Source: an uncultured bacterium
GTDB taxonomy: Bacteria > Oederibacteriota > Oederibacteriia > Oederibacteriales > Oederibacteriaceae
Direction: 5' to 3'
NCBI GenBank assembly: GCA_965112635.1
Contig: OZ218778.1
Coordinates: 1,845,807-1,909,806, forward strand
DNA: 64,000 nt
Position 1 is the stretch's first letter; each line of letters starts with the position of its first letter. The position numbers and the translations under genes were made by a program. Below, piece after piece: positions 26,606 through 37,427 of the stretch. Below the pieces are notes generated by a model that was given only the letters and a program-made list of their open reading frames with translations, had not been told where the DNA came from and did no database searches.

Positions 26606-29251
26606 ATGTTTGGAAAGTTGCTGACCGACATTTTCGGGACCAAGCATGGACGGGCCGTCAAGGTTTTGATGCCCAGGGTCGAGGCTATCAATGCTGTGGA
26701 GCCGCAGATCCAAAAGCTCAGTGATGACGAGCTGAAGAACAAAACAGCCGAGTTCAAGGACCGGTTGAGCCATGGCGAGACTTTGGACGACCTCCTGGTG
26801 GAAGCGTTTGGCGTGGTCAGGGAGGCCAGTAAAAGGACCATGGGAATGAGGCATTTTGACGTCCAGCTTCTGGGCGGCATGTTCCTGCACCAAGGCAAAA
26901 TTTCCGAGATGAGGACAGGCGAAGGAAAAACCCTGGTGGCTACCCTGCCTGTTTATCTCAACGCCCTGACCGGCAAGGGCGTGCATGTGGTCACGGTCAA
27001 CGATTACCTGGCCGAGAGGGACAGCCTGGGCAGGGGTAATTTCAAGGGCATGGGAAACATCTACCAGTTCTTAGGGCTGACCGTGGGCTGCATCAAGCAT
27101 GACCTGCCTACCCTGGAGCGCCAGGCGGCCTACCACGCGGACATCACCTACGGGACCAATAATGAGTTTGGTTTTGATTATTTGCGGGACAATATGGTCA
27201 CGCACCCACAAGAGCGGGTGCAAAGGGAACTGAATTACGCCATCGTGGACGAAGTGGACAGCATCCTCATTGATGAGGCCAGGACACCCCTCATCATTTC
27301 AGGGCCAGCCGAGGAATCCACCGATAAATACGTGAAAATCGACCGCATTATCCCCAGGCTCAATCCCTCCACGGACTATAAAGTTGATGAAAAAAGCAGG
27401 ACCGTGGCCTTGACCGAGGAAGGCGTGACCAAAGCCGAGAAACTCATCAACGTGGGCAACCTCTATGACAACGTGAACATCGAACTGGTGCACCATATCA
27501 ACCAGGCCTTAAAAGCCCACACTCTTTTCAAGCGGGACGTCGATTATGTGGTGAAGGCCGGAGAGGTCATTATCGTGGATGATTTCACGGGCCGGCTCAT
27601 GCCCGGCCGCAGATACAGCGACGGCCTGCACCAGGCTTTGGAGGCCAAGGAAAAGGTCGAGGTGGCCCGGGAGAACCAAACCCTCGCCACGATCTCTTTC
27701 CAAAACTACTTCCGTCTGTACAAGAAGCTTTGCGGAATGACCGGTACGGCGGACACCGAGGCCGCGGAGTTCTGGGAGATCTACAAGCTGGACGTGGTGG
27801 TGGTCCCGACCAACCGGCCCATGGTCCGGGAAGACGCGCCTGACCTTATCTATAAGGACAAAAAGCAGAAGATCAAGGACGTGGTCAACGAGATCGCGGA
27901 ACGGAGCCGCAAGGGACAGCCTGTGCTGGTGGGAACGGTTTCGATAGAGAAGAACGAAGAGCTTTCCGAGGCTTTGAAAAAACGGGGAGTACCCCATCAG
28001 GTCCTCAATGCCAAGCAGCACGAACGCGAAGCCGAGATCATCTCCTTGGCCGGCCAAAAAGGGGCGGTCACGGTAGCCACCAACATGGCCGGCCGGGGCG
28101 TGGATATCGTGCTGGGCGAGGGCGTGGTGGACCTGGGCGGTTTGCATGTCATAGGCACGGAACGGCACGAGAGCAGGCGCATCGACAACCAGCTCAGAGG
28201 ACGGTCGGGCCGGCAAGGCGACCCGGGTTCCAGCCGGTTCTACGTGGCTTTTGAAGACGATCTGATGCGCATTTTCGCCAACCAATGGGTCACCTCGCTG
28301 ATGGGCAAACTGGACGACCTGGACGGGGCTCTTACAGACCATCCCTGGGTGAGCCGGGGCATCGAAAGGGCCCAAAAGGCCGTGGAAGGGCATAACTTTG
28401 AGATCCGCAAGCACCTCATTGAGTATGACGACGTGATGAACAAGCAGAGAGAGGTCATTTATAGGGAACGGAGCTTGGTGTTGGAGGGGGCCAACCTCAA
28501 GCCCCATGTCCTGGAGATGATGCGGGATGTGGTCAGCGAACTGGTCGGACCTTACGCGCCGGCCAAAGTCTATCCCGAAGAATGGCCCCTCAAGGACCTG
28601 CAGGCCAGGGTCAAGCAGGACTTTCCCGTCGTGCTGGACCTGACCGGCGTGGAAATAGTCCGGCTGACCCGTGAAAACCTGGAGAATATCCTATACGACG
28701 AACTTTTAAAGGCCTACGAGAACAAGGAAAAAGAGGTCGGGCCGGACACCCTGCGGGAAATAGAAAGAGCGGTCCTTTTGCAGGTTGTGGACACCCAGTG
28801 GAAAGACCATCTGTACAACATGGACCAGCTCAAGGAAGGCATCGGCCTGCGGGGTTATGGTCAAAAAGACCCTCTGGTGGAATACAAGAGGGAAGGTTAT
28901 GAGATGTTCAGCGCTATGATCCAGCGCATCAAGGAAGAGACCGTCCAGTTCATCTTCAAGGTCAAGGTGGTGACCCAGCAGGCTCCAGCCAGCAGTCTAT
29001 TGCCCAGGCGTTACAGGGAAGAGCACCCGGAGTTCGACCGGGCCAAGGCTGTGGCTCCCCAGAGGCAGCCGGAGCCCGCGGCAGGTCCTTACGGCCAGGC
29101 GCCTTTTGGAGCGCCGCCAGGTTATCCGCCGCCCCAGGAAGAGTCTAGGGAAAAATTGCAACCCGTCACCAGGGACAAGCCAAAAATTGGGCGTAATGAC
29201 CCCTGTTTTTGCGGCAGCGGTAAAAAGTACAAGAAATGCCACGGGGCCTAG
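26606..29251 (+). CDS. secA: Preprotein translocase ATPase SecA
   Basis: [34 protein letters not shown] (Walker A), [19 protein letters not shown], and C-terminal Zn finger [14 protein letters not shown]; ~881 aa. Confidence 0.95.
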   Translation: MFGKLLTDIFGTKHGRAVKVLMPRVEAINAVEPQIQKLSDDELKNKTAEFKDRLSHGETLDDLLVEAFGVVREASKRTMGMRHFDVQLLGGMFLHQGKISEMRTGEGKTLVATLPVYLNALTGKGVHVVTVNDYLAERDSLGRGNFKGMGNIYQFLGLTVGCIKHDLPTLERQAAYHADITYGTNNEFGFDYLRDNMVTHPQERVQRELNYAIVDEVDSILIDEARTPLIISGPAEESTDKYVKIDRIIPRLNPSTDYKVDEKSRTVALTEEGVTKAEKLINVGNLYDNVNIELVHHINQALKAHTLFKRDVDYVVKAGEVIIVDDFTGRLMPGRRYSDGLHQALEAKEKVEVARENQTLATISFQNYFRLYKKLCGMTGTADTEAAEFWEIYKLDVVVVPTNRPMVREDAPDLIYKDKKQKIKDVVNEIAERSRKGQPVLVGTVSIEKNEELSEALKKRGVPHQVLNAKQHEREAEIISLAGQKGAVTVATNMAGRGVDIVLGEGVVDLGGLHVIGTERHESRRIDNQLRGRSGRQGDPGSSRFYVAFEDDLMRIFANQWVTSLMGKLDDLDGALTDHPWVSRGIERAQKAVEGHNFEIRKHLIEYDDVMNKQREVIYRERSLVLEGANLKPHVLEMMRDVVSELVGPYAPAKVYPEEWPLKDLQARVKQDFPVVLDLTGVEIVRLTRENLENILYDELLKAYENKEKEVGPDTLREIERAVLLQVVDTQWKDHLYNMDQLKEGIGLRGYGQKDPLVEYKREGYEMFSAMIQRIKEETVQFIFKVKVVTQQAPASSLLPRRYREEHPEFDRAKAVAPQRQPEPAAGPYGQAPFGAPPGYPPPQEESREKLQPVTRDKPKIGRNDPCFCGSGKKYKKCHGA

Positions 29252-29375
29252 TGAACTTGGTATTGGGACTAGACGAGCAGTGTTTTTGGAGAGTATGATA
29301 TCAATTCGTAGGTTTGAGTCTGTTTTTCTGAGCTTCATTAATTTAAATGGTCGGGGAAAGGGAGGTAGGTCAAAG

Positions 29376-32327
29376 ATGATCAGGAAGATCGGTTCCATAT
29401 TCGTTATCCTTGCCGCCATGGCGGCTGTTTTGAAAATGAGCGCCAGGGCGGAGGTGTTGACGCTTCCCATTACCCAGGACACTTCCATTTCCTGCTCCGA
29501 TGGGGAGCTGGATTTTAACCAGGGCAAATGCCCCAGGATCAAGATGAAAGGCATCGAGAACCTGCTGCTCCTGGGCATCGACCCGGCCTCCCTGAAGAAC
29601 AAAGTCATCACCAAGGCCATCCTTCATATCCAGGGCACGGACAAGAATATGATGGTCCGTAAAGTGGGTTTTTCCACGGTGGCCTATATCGGCTGGCCGG
29701 AGGGAAATTCGGAGCATGACAACAAGGGCACGGCAGGGGATTCTTGTTTCCTGACCCCGGAGCTGGGCTCCGGCAAAACCTGGGCCGGCCCGGGCTCCAA
29801 CTTTTTGGACGTGGTCTGGGGCCATGGCGGCACCTTTTGGACAGAGAGCTTTGTGCAGCCCGATGACCAGCAGTGGTACTTGATGGAGTTTGACGGCCGC
29901 ATTGTGGAGGCTTACGCGGCCGGTCTGTCAGGCGGTATCCTGGTCACCGACGACAACGGTGAGACCAAAGGCATAAGCAAAGATGCCGTTCCGGACACCA
30001 ACTATTCCAATAATTTATTCTTTGCCCATGAGCAAAACGCTTCGGCGCCGTTCCTTGTCGTGCATACCCAGGCGGCATCCAGGAGCGGGGCCAAGAGCCT
30101 CAAAGTGAGCGTCAAGCCGTGGAATTCAGGGGCTGATTTTGACAACGGCGGGCTGGAGCTATCCTGGCCCGGCCCCAGGGACCAAAAAGAATACAAGAGC
30201 ATCCTTGGATACAGGATCAAGATCACCAAGGGGGGCAAGACAGAGGACGTGCCTTTGTGGGCTCATCCGCCGCTGGCCAGACCAGGCGAAAGAGCCAGGG
30301 CTCTTTTGAAATATCCCGAAGCAGGCGCCAGGGTGACGGCCCGCGTCGAGGTAGTGGGCCGGGGCGGGGTCGTGGCGGCCTCGGGCGGAGCTAGCGGCGT
30401 CATATCCAAGAAGCTCAAAAATCCTAAGGCCCTTTCCTTTCCAGAGATCAAGAACGCTCCGGGAGAGCCTCTGTCCAACGACTTGGCCAAGATTTGGGTG
30501 ATCCCCGACTGTACCAAGGCTAATCCCATTACCGGCAATGTGCAGGAGGAAGCTGGCGTTTCCTATGACGGCGACCCCTCCGGCAGTTACCGCAACGCCA
30601 ATATGACCTGGAGCGGCAAAAACCACACGGTGACCTTGTCCGCCATCCGGGGCGAATGGGTCGGGTTCCAGGTCGTGTGCGAGAATGTCAGCACCACCAG
30701 CGTGACCTATAAGATCCAGCCGGGACCTCTCAAAGGTCCGGGGAGTTCCCTGATACCCGCCAAGGCCATTGAGCTTTCCAAGTTGTGGTATGTCAAGGTC
30801 GGCGACAAGGACAGGGACTGGTACGCGGACCCCATGCTGCCGCTCAAGGCCGGAGACTCTTTCTCGGTACCCGACGAAAAGAACGCCGTGCCCCAGCAAA
30901 GCAACCAGACCGTTTATGTCGAGTTTTTCGTGCCCTTAAAAGCAAAGCCCGGCAAATACGCGGGAAGCCTGGCCGTCAAAACAGGGGACCAGGGTACCTT
31001 GGCCCTCAAGGTCAATCTCCAGGTCGCGGCGCCGGTGATGCCCAAAGAAGCGCACTTTGTTTTCTCCATGAACGCTTACAACTCACCGGGCGGGCCTTAC
31101 GGAGACGCCTGTTTCAGTGATTTTAACAACGCCGAACGGACCTTCTATGTCATGGCCCATACCCATCGTACGGACCTTGTCGTGGTCCATTACAAACACA
31201 ACGGCGGCCTCGATGATGTGAACTGCATCGCTCCTCCTTTGACGGGCCAGGGCAAGAATTTGAGGGTCAAGGATTGGGCGTTGTGGGACAAGAGGTTCGG
31301 ACCGCTTTTTGACGCGTCCGCTTTTAAAGGGACCCCGCGGGAAGGCGTGCCGTTATCCCACTTTTTCCTGGTGTTCTCCGAGAACTATCCCACGACCATG
31401 GCCGACGGTTATAAGTGGAACAGCTCCACCTGGGAAGACCACTGGAAGGTGGCCGGCCAGCCCGAGGACGGGTTCAGCCAGGTTTACAAGGACCAGTGGG
31501 TGGCCTTGGCCAAGGATTACATCAAGCATTTCAAACAAAAACACTGGAAGACCAATTTCCTGCTGATGCCCAATGACAAGTGCGATTACAAACAATATAA
31601 CTCGGGCACCAAAAAAGACGGCAGCGGGGTCAGTTTCTGGAGGATGGATGAGCCGATGTTCGTCAGCGATTTTGAGGCCCTGGGAGTGCTGGGCAACCTG
31701 CTGCGGCAGGCCCAAAAAGGCGACCGCAGCAGCTTCAGCTTCCGGGCCGATATTTCCTACCCGCAGTGGGGCAGGGATGTCCTGGACAGGGTCCTGGACC
31801 TTAACTGTTCCGGCAATTTCACCGGATACAGGAGGTTCCTCCTGGACTGGAGAGAAAGGTACGGCGAAAGGATATGGACCTACGGCGGAACCCCTGCCTG
31901 CACGGACAGCCCGTTCGGGCTATGCGCTCACGCGTTGGATCTGTATTCCAGCGGAGCGGATGGTTTTGCGCCGTGGCTGGTGCTGGGCAACGAGGGCAAC
32001 TGGACCAAGTTCGAAGATACCAGCGTGATCTACACCGGCAAGCCCATGGGCATCATGGGAGCCTGCGCGTCGCTGAGGCTCAAAGCCTACCGCCGTGCGG
32101 AGCAGGATGTTGAGTATGTTTGGCTTTACGCGGCCAAGAAGGGATTGCTCAAGAACGACCCGAACCGGCTGCAAGTTGCCAAGGCGCTGGAAGGGGCCAT
32201 CAAGACCACCAAGCAGACCGGGAAACTTGATGCCAACGGCGGGGCGGAAGTGCAGACCTACATGAGCACCAACCCCGATGATTTTGAAAAGCTCAGGCTG
32301 GCCCTGGTCAAGGCGATGAAAAAGTAA
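29376..32327 (+). CDS. Large secreted hypothetical protein (~983 aa)
   Basis: GGAGG RBS at 29361, then MIRKIGSIFVILAAMAAVLKMSARA signal peptide. No recognisable catalytic motifs. The ORF-track start at 29106 would overlap secA and is unlikely. Confidence 0.5.
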   Translation: MIRKIGSIFVILAAMAAVLKMSARAEVLTLPITQDTSISCSDGELDFNQGKCPRIKMKGIENLLLLGIDPASLKNKVITKAILHIQGTDKNMMVRKVGFSTVAYIGWPEGNSEHDNKGTAGDSCFLTPELGSGKTWAGPGSNFLDVVWGHGGTFWTESFVQPDDQQWYLMEFDGRIVEAYAAGLSGGILVTDDNGETKGISKDAVPDTNYSNNLFFAHEQNASAPFLVVHTQAASRSGAKSLKVSVKPWNSGADFDNGGLELSWPGPRDQKEYKSILGYRIKITKGGKTEDVPLWAHPPLARPGERARALLKYPEAGARVTARVEVVGRGGVVAASGGASGVISKKLKNPKALSFPEIKNAPGEPLSNDLAKIWVIPDCTKANPITGNVQEEAGVSYDGDPSGSYRNANMTWSGKNHTVTLSAIRGEWVGFQVVCENVSTTSVTYKIQPGPLKGPGSSLIPAKAIELSKLWYVKVGDKDRDWYADPMLPLKAGDSFSVPDEKNAVPQQSNQTVYVEFFVPLKAKPGKYAGSLAVKTGDQGTLALKVNLQVAAPVMPKEAHFVFSMNAYNSPGGPYGDACFSDFNNAERTFYVMAHTHRTDLVVVHYKHNGGLDDVNCIAPPLTGQGKNLRVKDWALWDKRFGPLFDASAFKGTPREGVPLSHFFLVFSENYPTTMADGYKWNSSTWEDHWKVAGQPEDGFSQVYKDQWVALAKDYIKHFKQKHWKTNFLLMPNDKCDYKQYNSGTKKDGSGVSFWRMDEPMFVSDFEALGVLGNLLRQAQKGDRSSFSFRADISYPQWGRDVLDRVLDLNCSGNFTGYRRFLLDWRERYGERIWTYGGTPACTDSPFGLCAHALDLYSSGADGFAPWLVLGNEGNWTKFEDTSVIYTGKPMGIMGACASLRLKAYRRAEQDVEYVWLYAAKKGLLKNDPNRLQVAKALEGAIKTTKQTGKLDANGGAEVQTYMSTNPDDFEKLRLALVKAMKK

Positions 32328-32353
32328 GGCTTTACGATAGCTTGTTTTCAATC

Positions 32354-32396
32354 AGCCTATCCCTTGCGTAAAAGCAGGGGATAGGCTTTTTTTTTG
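32354..32396 (+). terminator. Rho-independent terminator
   Basis: agcctatccc-ttgcgtaaaagca-ggggataggct stem-loop followed by nine T. Confidence 0.7.
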
Positions 32397-32508
32397 GAAT
32401 TTAGACTGTTTCTAAGCATGTCGTCCGCCTGTAACTAACCGGAGATGATGGTAAACTTGACACAGCCGCTTCGTCGGGCATCCAAAATACATTTTTTGGG
32501 GCGTTGAA

Positions 32509-35175
32509 ATGGGCAGACGACTCGTTTTACTTATCATCCTATTTTGGTCTGTTTCGGCCTGGAAAGCTGAGGCGGCAGTGTACTGGTATATGGAGGCGCC
32601 CGGCTGGGTCGAACCCACCGGCAATCCCGATTGGACGAACCTGTCGTACTTTAATGTCTACAACGAGCTGACCACCACGGCCACAGGCCCAATCCTCGTG
32701 ACCTATACCCTGGCGAATGGTCTCACTTTTAAGCCCGTCTCTTTCGGATTACAGCCGTCCAGCGTCAACTATGACGCCGGCACCGGGGTGACCACCGTGA
32801 CCTATAATTTGGGCAGTATGGCCGGACAGACCAATAACTATGGTTATTGCGGCTTTGCTATCAATTACACCACGGTCAACCCCACGACCCTGATCCAGGA
32901 AAACCAGCAATTCACTGTGACAGCGACCCTGAGCGGGGCCAGCAGCGTCAGTGCCAACCCCCAGAGCTTCCAGGCGCCCGCTTTATTCGAGACCGTCGGC
33001 AAGAACATTGATCCCGACCCGATCGAGGCGGTGCCGAGCACGGCCACGGCCAACCTCTATTTGGAAACTTCGCAATATTATAACTGCTCCAACCTCGTGG
33101 TCTGGGATACGCTTCCCAACGGCACCTCCTACATCCCCGGCACCAGTTATCTGGATAACGAGACCAGCGATGAACCCGGGTCCGGGACCCAGCTCTGCCG
33201 TCCTGACGGGACTTCGCTGCTGGTGTGGTCTGTTCCAGCTGACCCTTGGACCCTGGCCGGGTCAGACCCCGTCCTGAGCTACGGGTTCACCATCAACTCG
33301 AATTACAGCGTTACGGGCTGCGACAGCGCCGGAGCGCCGGTCTATTGCACCGACATGCTGCCCAATCTCGTGGGTGACAGCTTTAATTACGCCAGCATCA
33401 GCGGCCAGTCCCCGGCCAACGCGGGATCCGCCCTGCAAACCGGTGTGTTTGCGGACATCGATATCGACGACCCCTCCATCACCAAGACCATCGGGAGCAT
33501 TACCGACAGCCAGGGTAACCCTGTTTCGGGTAGTTATGTCACGCCCGGCGATATCGTGACCTACAGCATCACGGTAGTTTCTCCGACGGCACCTACCCAT
33601 GACCTCAAGGTCAGGGATTTCCTGCCATCATCCATGGCTTTTTTGGGTTCCCTTACCAATTACACCACGACCGGAGGCGTGCCCGCGCCGACCCAGAGTT
33701 TTGTCAATTCCAATTTGTGCTACTGGACCTGGTCCGCGGATTTTCCCAAGGGCGGGTCCTGGAACGTCACCTTCCAGACCCAAGTGCTGGATAATACCTA
33801 TTTGCCCGACCCCGGGGCCTCGACCCTGACCAACATGGGCGATTTTTGGGACACTAATACCTCGGGGACCACCTCGGGGTTGGGACAGTACGATGCCCCG
33901 GATTTGACCTACCAGAACAATGTGGTTACGACCAAGAGCGCCAGCAAAAGCACGGGTACTGGCGGCGATATCATTAACTATACGATCGCGGTCACCAATA
34001 ACGGCGGCAGGGCCATTAACAATGTTGAGGTCTTTGACACCATCCCGGCCGGCATGACCTATGTCAGCAGCACGCCCACGGCCAGTTCCGAGGCCGTCAA
34101 CGGGGACTCCAGCACCACGGTCAAATGGAACAACCTGGGGATTCTGAACCCCGGCAGTTTCCTGACCCTCTATGTGTCCGCCTCGGTCAATCCGGGCGAC
34201 CCGGGAGGGGAGACACTGACCAATTTTGTCGCCCCTGTTTTTTACTCCTCCCAGCTGACCCCTGGAGCGCCCGGGAGGAACTATTACAACGGCGTTACGG
34301 CTTTGGCCAGCGTGCAGGTGGCCACCTGGACCATGACCCCGACCCAGACCAGGACAGCGACCGCCACCAGCACGCAGACCTATACCGCCAGCGCGACCGC
34401 CACCCCCACCAGCACCGCGACCCAGACCTCGACGGCGACGCAGACCCTGACCAGGACCTATTCGCTTACCGGGACGCAGACTTTCACTCTCACGCAGACC
34501 CTGACCCCGTCCCTGACGCTGACCAGCAGTTACACGGCCACCGCCACCAGCACGGCCACGCAGACATCCACTTCGACCTTGACGCTGACCCCATCCGAAA
34601 CTTTTACCCCCAGCGAGACGGCCACTTACAGCCAAACCTCCACGCAGTCCTATACGGTCACCCTGACCCTGACCCCTTCCAAGACTTTTACCCCCAGCGA
34701 GACGGCCACGATCACTTTGACCTGGACCATCACCTGCACTTCGACCAATTCCTATACCAGCACGCAAACCCTGACCCCTTGCCAGACCCTGACGCCATCC
34801 CAGACCCTGACGCCATCCCTGACCCAGACCCATACCCCAACCTTGACGCCGTCCCACACCGCGACAGCCACGCCTACCTTTATCACCACACCTCCCGCAG
34901 TCGGGACATCCTTTATTTATCCCTCACCGGCTACCGGGGACACGGCGGCCATTGCTTTTTTCATGTCCGTGCCAGGGAACTTCAAGATACGGGTGTATAA
35001 CGAGGCAGCCGAACTGGTGGAGACCGTAGAGGGGAATATGCAGGCAGGGCCGCAGTTGAGCATGATCCATACTAGGGACTATGTTTCAGGAGTTTACTTG
35101 TATATTATCAAGTTGGATTACGGGTCGCAGGGTTCCATCAAAATCGGTCCCAAGAAGTTCATTGTGTTGCATTAG
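32509..35175 (+). CDS. Secreted cargo protein: DUF11/CARDB-like repeat domains, TQT/TxT stalk, FlgD-Ig/CTD-like C-terminal domain
   Basis: Signal peptide. DUF11-type segments (VVWDTLPNGTSYIPGTSY; TIAVTNNGGRAINNVEVFDTIPAGMTYVSS). Stalk TQTRTATATSTQTYTASATATPTSTATQTSTATQTLT... (~34330-34900). C-terminus FIYPSPATGDTAAIAFF..FKIRVYNEAAELVETVEG......GVYLYIIKL. Confidence 0.7.
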   Translation: MGRRLVLLIILFWSVSAWKAEAAVYWYMEAPGWVEPTGNPDWTNLSYFNVYNELTTTATGPILVTYTLANGLTFKPVSFGLQPSSVNYDAGTGVTTVTYNLGSMAGQTNNYGYCGFAINYTTVNPTTLIQENQQFTVTATLSGASSVSANPQSFQAPALFETVGKNIDPDPIEAVPSTATANLYLETSQYYNCSNLVVWDTLPNGTSYIPGTSYLDNETSDEPGSGTQLCRPDGTSLLVWSVPADPWTLAGSDPVLSYGFTINSNYSVTGCDSAGAPVYCTDMLPNLVGDSFNYASISGQSPANAGSALQTGVFADIDIDDPSITKTIGSITDSQGNPVSGSYVTPGDIVTYSITVVSPTAPTHDLKVRDFLPSSMAFLGSLTNYTTTGGVPAPTQSFVNSNLCYWTWSADFPKGGSWNVTFQTQVLDNTYLPDPGASTLTNMGDFWDTNTSGTTSGLGQYDAPDLTYQNNVVTTKSASKSTGTGGDIINYTIAVTNNGGRAINNVEVFDTIPAGMTYVSSTPTASSEAVNGDSSTTVKWNNLGILNPGSFLTLYVSASVNPGDPGGETLTNFVAPVFYSSQLTPGAPGRNYYNGVTALASVQVATWTMTPTQTRTATATSTQTYTASATATPTSTATQTSTATQTLTRTYSLTGTQTFTLTQTLTPSLTLTSSYTATATSTATQTSTSTLTLTPSETFTPSETATYSQTSTQSYTVTLTLTPSKTFTPSETATITLTWTITCTSTNSYTSTQTLTPCQTLTPSQTLTPSLTQTHTPTLTPSHTATATPTFITTPPAVGTSFIYPSPATGDTAAIAFFMSVPGNFKIRVYNEAAELVETVEGNMQAGPQLSMIHTRDYVSGVYLYIIKLDYGSQGSIKIGPKKFIVLH

Positions 35176-35263
35176 CAAAAAAGGGGTCGGGTTGGATTTG
35201 CAAAAAGGAATAGACTCTAGGCAAATATCGAGGAGCATCACGCCTTTTCAGTGGCATTAGAGT

Positions 35264-36367
35264 CTAGTCCTTCAACCATTCTTCAAGATGTTTTTGGACA
35301 AAGGCGTCGTCGTTCAGGTGGGGGTAGGCCTTGTAGATGCGGTCGATTTCCCTGGCCTGGCCTGGGGAAAGGGTCAGGTGCGGGTCAAGGCACCAGATGC
35401 CTTTGAGGAGTCCCTGGCGGTGGAGGACTTCATGGAGGCCGGGAACGCAGCCTTTAAAATCGTGAGCTGAGTCAAAAAAAGCCGCATTGCAATCAGTGAC
35501 CTGAGGACCCAGTCGGACCAGCCAGCCAGGAATTGGCCTGTTTTTTTCCGTGACAGCGTGGATCTTGGCCAGCAATTCCACAGCGCAGCGAGTCCACACC
35601 GCCCAGTGCCCCAGCAGTCCTCCCTTGATACGCAGGGCGACCGTCTTTTTTCCCAGTTTGAATGTGTAAGGTGTAAGCAGGTCGCTGACGATATTATCGT
35701 CATTGCCCGTATAGAGAGTGATATCTTGAGCCCGGCTGCTGGCAGCCACGGCCCGGAGCACTTCCAAAGTCTGATAACGGTTAAAGGGCGAGATTTTGAT
35801 GCCTAGCACATTGTCAATCTCGGCGAACTCACGCCAAAATCCATAAGGGAGCGGGCGGCCTCCTACGGCCGGCTGAAGATAAAAACCAAGGATAGGAATG
35901 ACCTTGGCCACACGACGGCAGTGAGCCAACAGCTCTTGGACCGAAGCCTGGGACAAGGCGGCCAGGCTCAGCAGGCCGGCGTGGTATCCGCAGGACAGGG
36001 CCAGGCTGGCTTCTTTTATGGCCTGGTCAGTTTTACCGCAAAGGCCGGCAATTTTAAGCATGGACCTTTTATTTTTTACAGCGGCCTCATCCAAAGTTTC
36101 CGAGGCCAGTTGCAGTATAGGCAGGAAAAGATTGTATTTGGGCTGGCGGATCTCAAACTGGGTGGTATGGACACCCACGGCCAAACCTCCTGCTCCGGAC
36201 GCGTGATAATACCGGATCAAAGCTTTTTGTCTGATTGGGTCCAGGCGGCGCCGGCTATCCAGGGCCAGGGGCATGGCCGGTATGACCATGCCGCGCTGGA
36301 AATCAGCAAAAAGATTTTGCGGGACATCGTTGATTTTCATCTCAGTATTTTCCTGTCCGGACCTCAA
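35264..36367 (-). CDS. DHDPS/N-acetylneuraminate-lyase-family (class I aldolase) protein
   Basis: VIPAMPLALDSRRRLDPIRQKALIRYYHASGAGGLAVGVHTTQFEI resembles the DapA-family N-terminal TIM-barrel region. Overlaps the upstream SDR gene by 26 nt. Confidence 0.45.
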   Translation of the reverse strand: MRSGQENTEMKINDVPQNLFADFQRGMVIPAMPLALDSRRRLDPIRQKALIRYYHASGAGGLAVGVHTTQFEIRQPKYNLFLPILQLASETLDEAAVKNKRSMLKIAGLCGKTDQAIKEASLALSCGYHAGLLSLAALSQASVQELLAHCRRVAKVIPILGFYLQPAVGGRPLPYGFWREFAEIDNVLGIKISPFNRYQTLEVLRAVAASSRAQDITLYTGNDDNIVSDLLTPYTFKLGKKTVALRIKGGLLGHWAVWTRCAVELLAKIHAVTEKNRPIPGWLVRLGPQVTDCNAAFFDSAHDFKGCVPGLHEVLHRQGLLKGIWCLDPHLTLSPGQAREIDRIYKAYPHLNDDAFVQKHLEEWLKD

Positions 36368-37427
36368 AGTGCGTTGGTTTATTGAATTCCAGCCCCTTGT
36401 TTTTTACCCAATGCCCCACCCAGGCCACCATCTGGTCAACACTGACCCGGGGCTTTCCAAAAAGTTCCACGGCTTTGGAGGCGTTGGACAAGAGTGCCGT
36501 GTCGGATGCAACGCCCTCGAAAACCGGGTCGACGCCGAATATTTTACCGAATTGGCCGGCAATTGCCCTGATGGAAACAGTTTCCAAGCCCGTTACATTG
36601 ATGACCAGGGGAGGCGTCTGACAGAGGGGAAGGCTTCGCAGGACCATTTCCTGGGCGTCTCCCTGCCAGATGATATTGGCATAGCCGGTATTGAGGGGAA
36701 CTGCCTGACCCGTGAACACTTTTTTGGCCACATCCAAAAGCACCCCATAGCGCAGGTCAATGGCATAGTTGAGCCGGATGAGACAGGTCTTGGTCTTGTT
36801 CTCGCGGCTGAAATATTCAAAGATACGTTCCCTGGCCAGGCCGGACTGGGCATATTCTCCCACAGGGCCCGGAGTATCGGTTTCTTGGCAGCCGCCCATT
36901 TTAACAGGCGCGAGAGGATAGACATTGCCCGTTGAAAGCGCCACGATCCTGGAGCGTTTAAAACGGTTGGCGATGAAGGTAGGCGCCAGGGCATTGGTAG
37001 CCCAGGTCAGGTATTCGGCGCCGGTGGAGCCGAATTTGCGGCCTACCAGGAAAATAACATTGGCAGCGTCCGGCAAGTTCTTTATCTGGTCCTCGTTCAA
37101 AACGTCGGCGTTGAGGGTCCGGATATTATTTTTTTCCAGTTTTTCCTGGACACCAGGCTCGGAAAAACGGGAAACGCCGTACACATTACTTTTGAGGCCG
37201 CCAGCATCCAAGGCCCGGCGTAGCATCAAGGCCAGGGTGGGACCCATTTTCCCGGCAACGCCCAGGATGAGGAAATCCCCGGATAAGCGTTCCATGTCCC
37301 GTATAAGTTCAGGAGAAGGACGGGACATTACTTCTTCGAGTTCTTGTTCAGTAGATATGAATTTGGGGAGCTTCAGGTTTTTCGCTGCCATTTTCGGTCT
37401 CATTGTCCAGGGACCAGAGCCACACAA
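36342..37427 (-). CDS. NAD(P)-dependent epimerase/dehydratase-family (extended SDR) protein
   Basis: FLILGVAGKMGPTLALML Rossmann GxxGxxG at the N-terminus; ~361 aa; overlaps the RidA gene by 28 nt. Confidence 0.55.
   Translation of the reverse strand: MCGSGPWTMRPKMAAKNLKLPKFISTEQELEEVMSRPSPELIRDMERLSGDFLILGVAGKMGPTLALMLRRALDAGGLKSNVYGVSRFSEPGVQEKLEKNNIRTLNADVLNEDQIKNLPDAANVIFLVGRKFGSTGAEYLTWATNALAPTFIANRFKRSRIVALSTGNVYPLAPVKMGGCQETDTPGPVGEYAQSGLARERIFEYFSRENKTKTCLIRLNYAIDLRYGVLLDVAKKVFTGQAVPLNTGYANIIWQGDAQEMVLRSLPLCQTPPLVINVTGLETVSIRAIAGQFGKIFGVDPVFEGVASDTALLSNASKAVELFGKPRVSVDQMVAWVGHWVKNKGLEFNKPTHFEVRTGKY

Noticed and set aside
27509-28507. 332-aa minus-strand ORF inside secA
   Set aside because: secA is unambiguous on the plus strand; the antisense ORF is an open frame caused by GC-rich codon bias.
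29106-29375. Upstream extension of the 29376 gene overlapping the secA 3' end by ~145 nt
   Set aside because: A GGAGG RBS plus ATG at 29376 followed by a canonical signal peptide; the extension would put 90 residues in front of the signal peptide.
33628-34857. 409-aa minus-strand ORF rich in Gly/Arg/Gln (MGRRQGWGMGLGQGWRQGLG...)
   Set aside because: Antisense of the TQT/TPS stalk of cargo gene 32509..35175; low-complexity mirror image, no independent signals.
35921-36935. Plus-strand ORFs 35921..36385 and 36273..36935
   Set aside because: Antisense to the DapA-like and epimerase genes, whose domain motifs are clear on the minus strand.
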